DNA of 60,633 nucleotides, filler included, from Perkinsus olseni (Eukaryota): NCBI GenBank assembly GCA_013115125.1. It is 2 parts of 2 records of this genome, joined end to end, with 100 filler letters (N's around TTAATTAATTAA, not from the genome) between each part and the next. Parts side by side here need not be neighbours in the genome. Positions count along the whole stretch, not along the records: positions 30,381 to 60,633 come from JABANN010000424.1; 1 more part is not named here. One strand, 5' to 3'. Shown piece by piece: positions 60,223 to 60,633 of this stretch (position 1 is its first letter; each line of letters starts with the position of its first letter). The notes under the pieces were generated by a model. It saw only the letters and a program-made list of their open reading frames with translations, ran no database searches and was not told where the DNA came from. The position numbers and the translations under genes were made by a program.

Positions 60223-60633
60223 GCGTTTGCTTCCGTGTCTGATGTGTTGCTATGTCCTCGATGTGAACGAGGCTAATGATGTTCATGCTTATGGTGATGA
60301 TGATGACGATGATGATGATGTTGTTGTTGTTGTTGTTCGTTGTCGCCCGTCAGGAGTCATCTTTTGAGTTGTAGTATATACCGTCACGGCTCATGTGCCA
60401 CCTCGCGTTCTATGTATCCCGGAGGAATTCACGGTAGGATGAGGGAACGCGATATACCCGTACGCTCAAGGCTGTGAAACCTTTCTGTCGCTTTCCTATT
60501 GGCTAGTATTCTGAACTTGCAACGGTACGCCTTGTCGATCGTTATCGCATCAAGGATATGACTGTTGTGAGATGTGTATGCGCGCACGCCACGGCTATGT
60601 GCGCACGCCTAGCTCCCGTACGTCTCGTCACGT

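Overview
Eukaryotic, intron-rich (short GT-AG introns), gene-dense DNA from a myzozoan alveolate, most likely Perkinsus (inferred from gene content and intron style, not from a search). The window is joined by an artificial N/TTAATTAATTAA spacer at 30281-30380, so its two halves may not be contiguous. Left half: a minus-strand run containing a SPINDLY-type TPR glycosyltransferase, three tandem spliced paralogs of the bacterial lipoprotein diacylglyceryl transferase Lgt, a CRAL-TRIO protein with an intronic tRNA-Pro, two mitochondrial-type membrane proteins and an OTU deubiquitinase. A plus-strand run follows, with two secreted paralogs, an ion-channel/adenylyl-cyclase fusion (AC-alpha) and a 360-bp tRNA-Cys/X/tRNA-Arg tandem array. 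Right half: secreted proteins, EFL1/Ria1, tRNA-Thr, an inverted pair of intronless GAPDH genes, three signal-peptide-bearing GNAT acetyltransferases, a KH/RS-rich RNA-binding protein, a 56-bp hairpin minisatellite and a membrane-anchored dynamin/EHD-like GTPase. The best candidates for undescribed biology are (1) the intron-containing, triplicated eukaryotic Lgt family with altered catalytic residues, (2) an invariant, highly structured ~109-nt RNA between two tRNA genes, and (3) the secreted GNAT family. All gene models were spliced by eye and family calls come from motif recognition.
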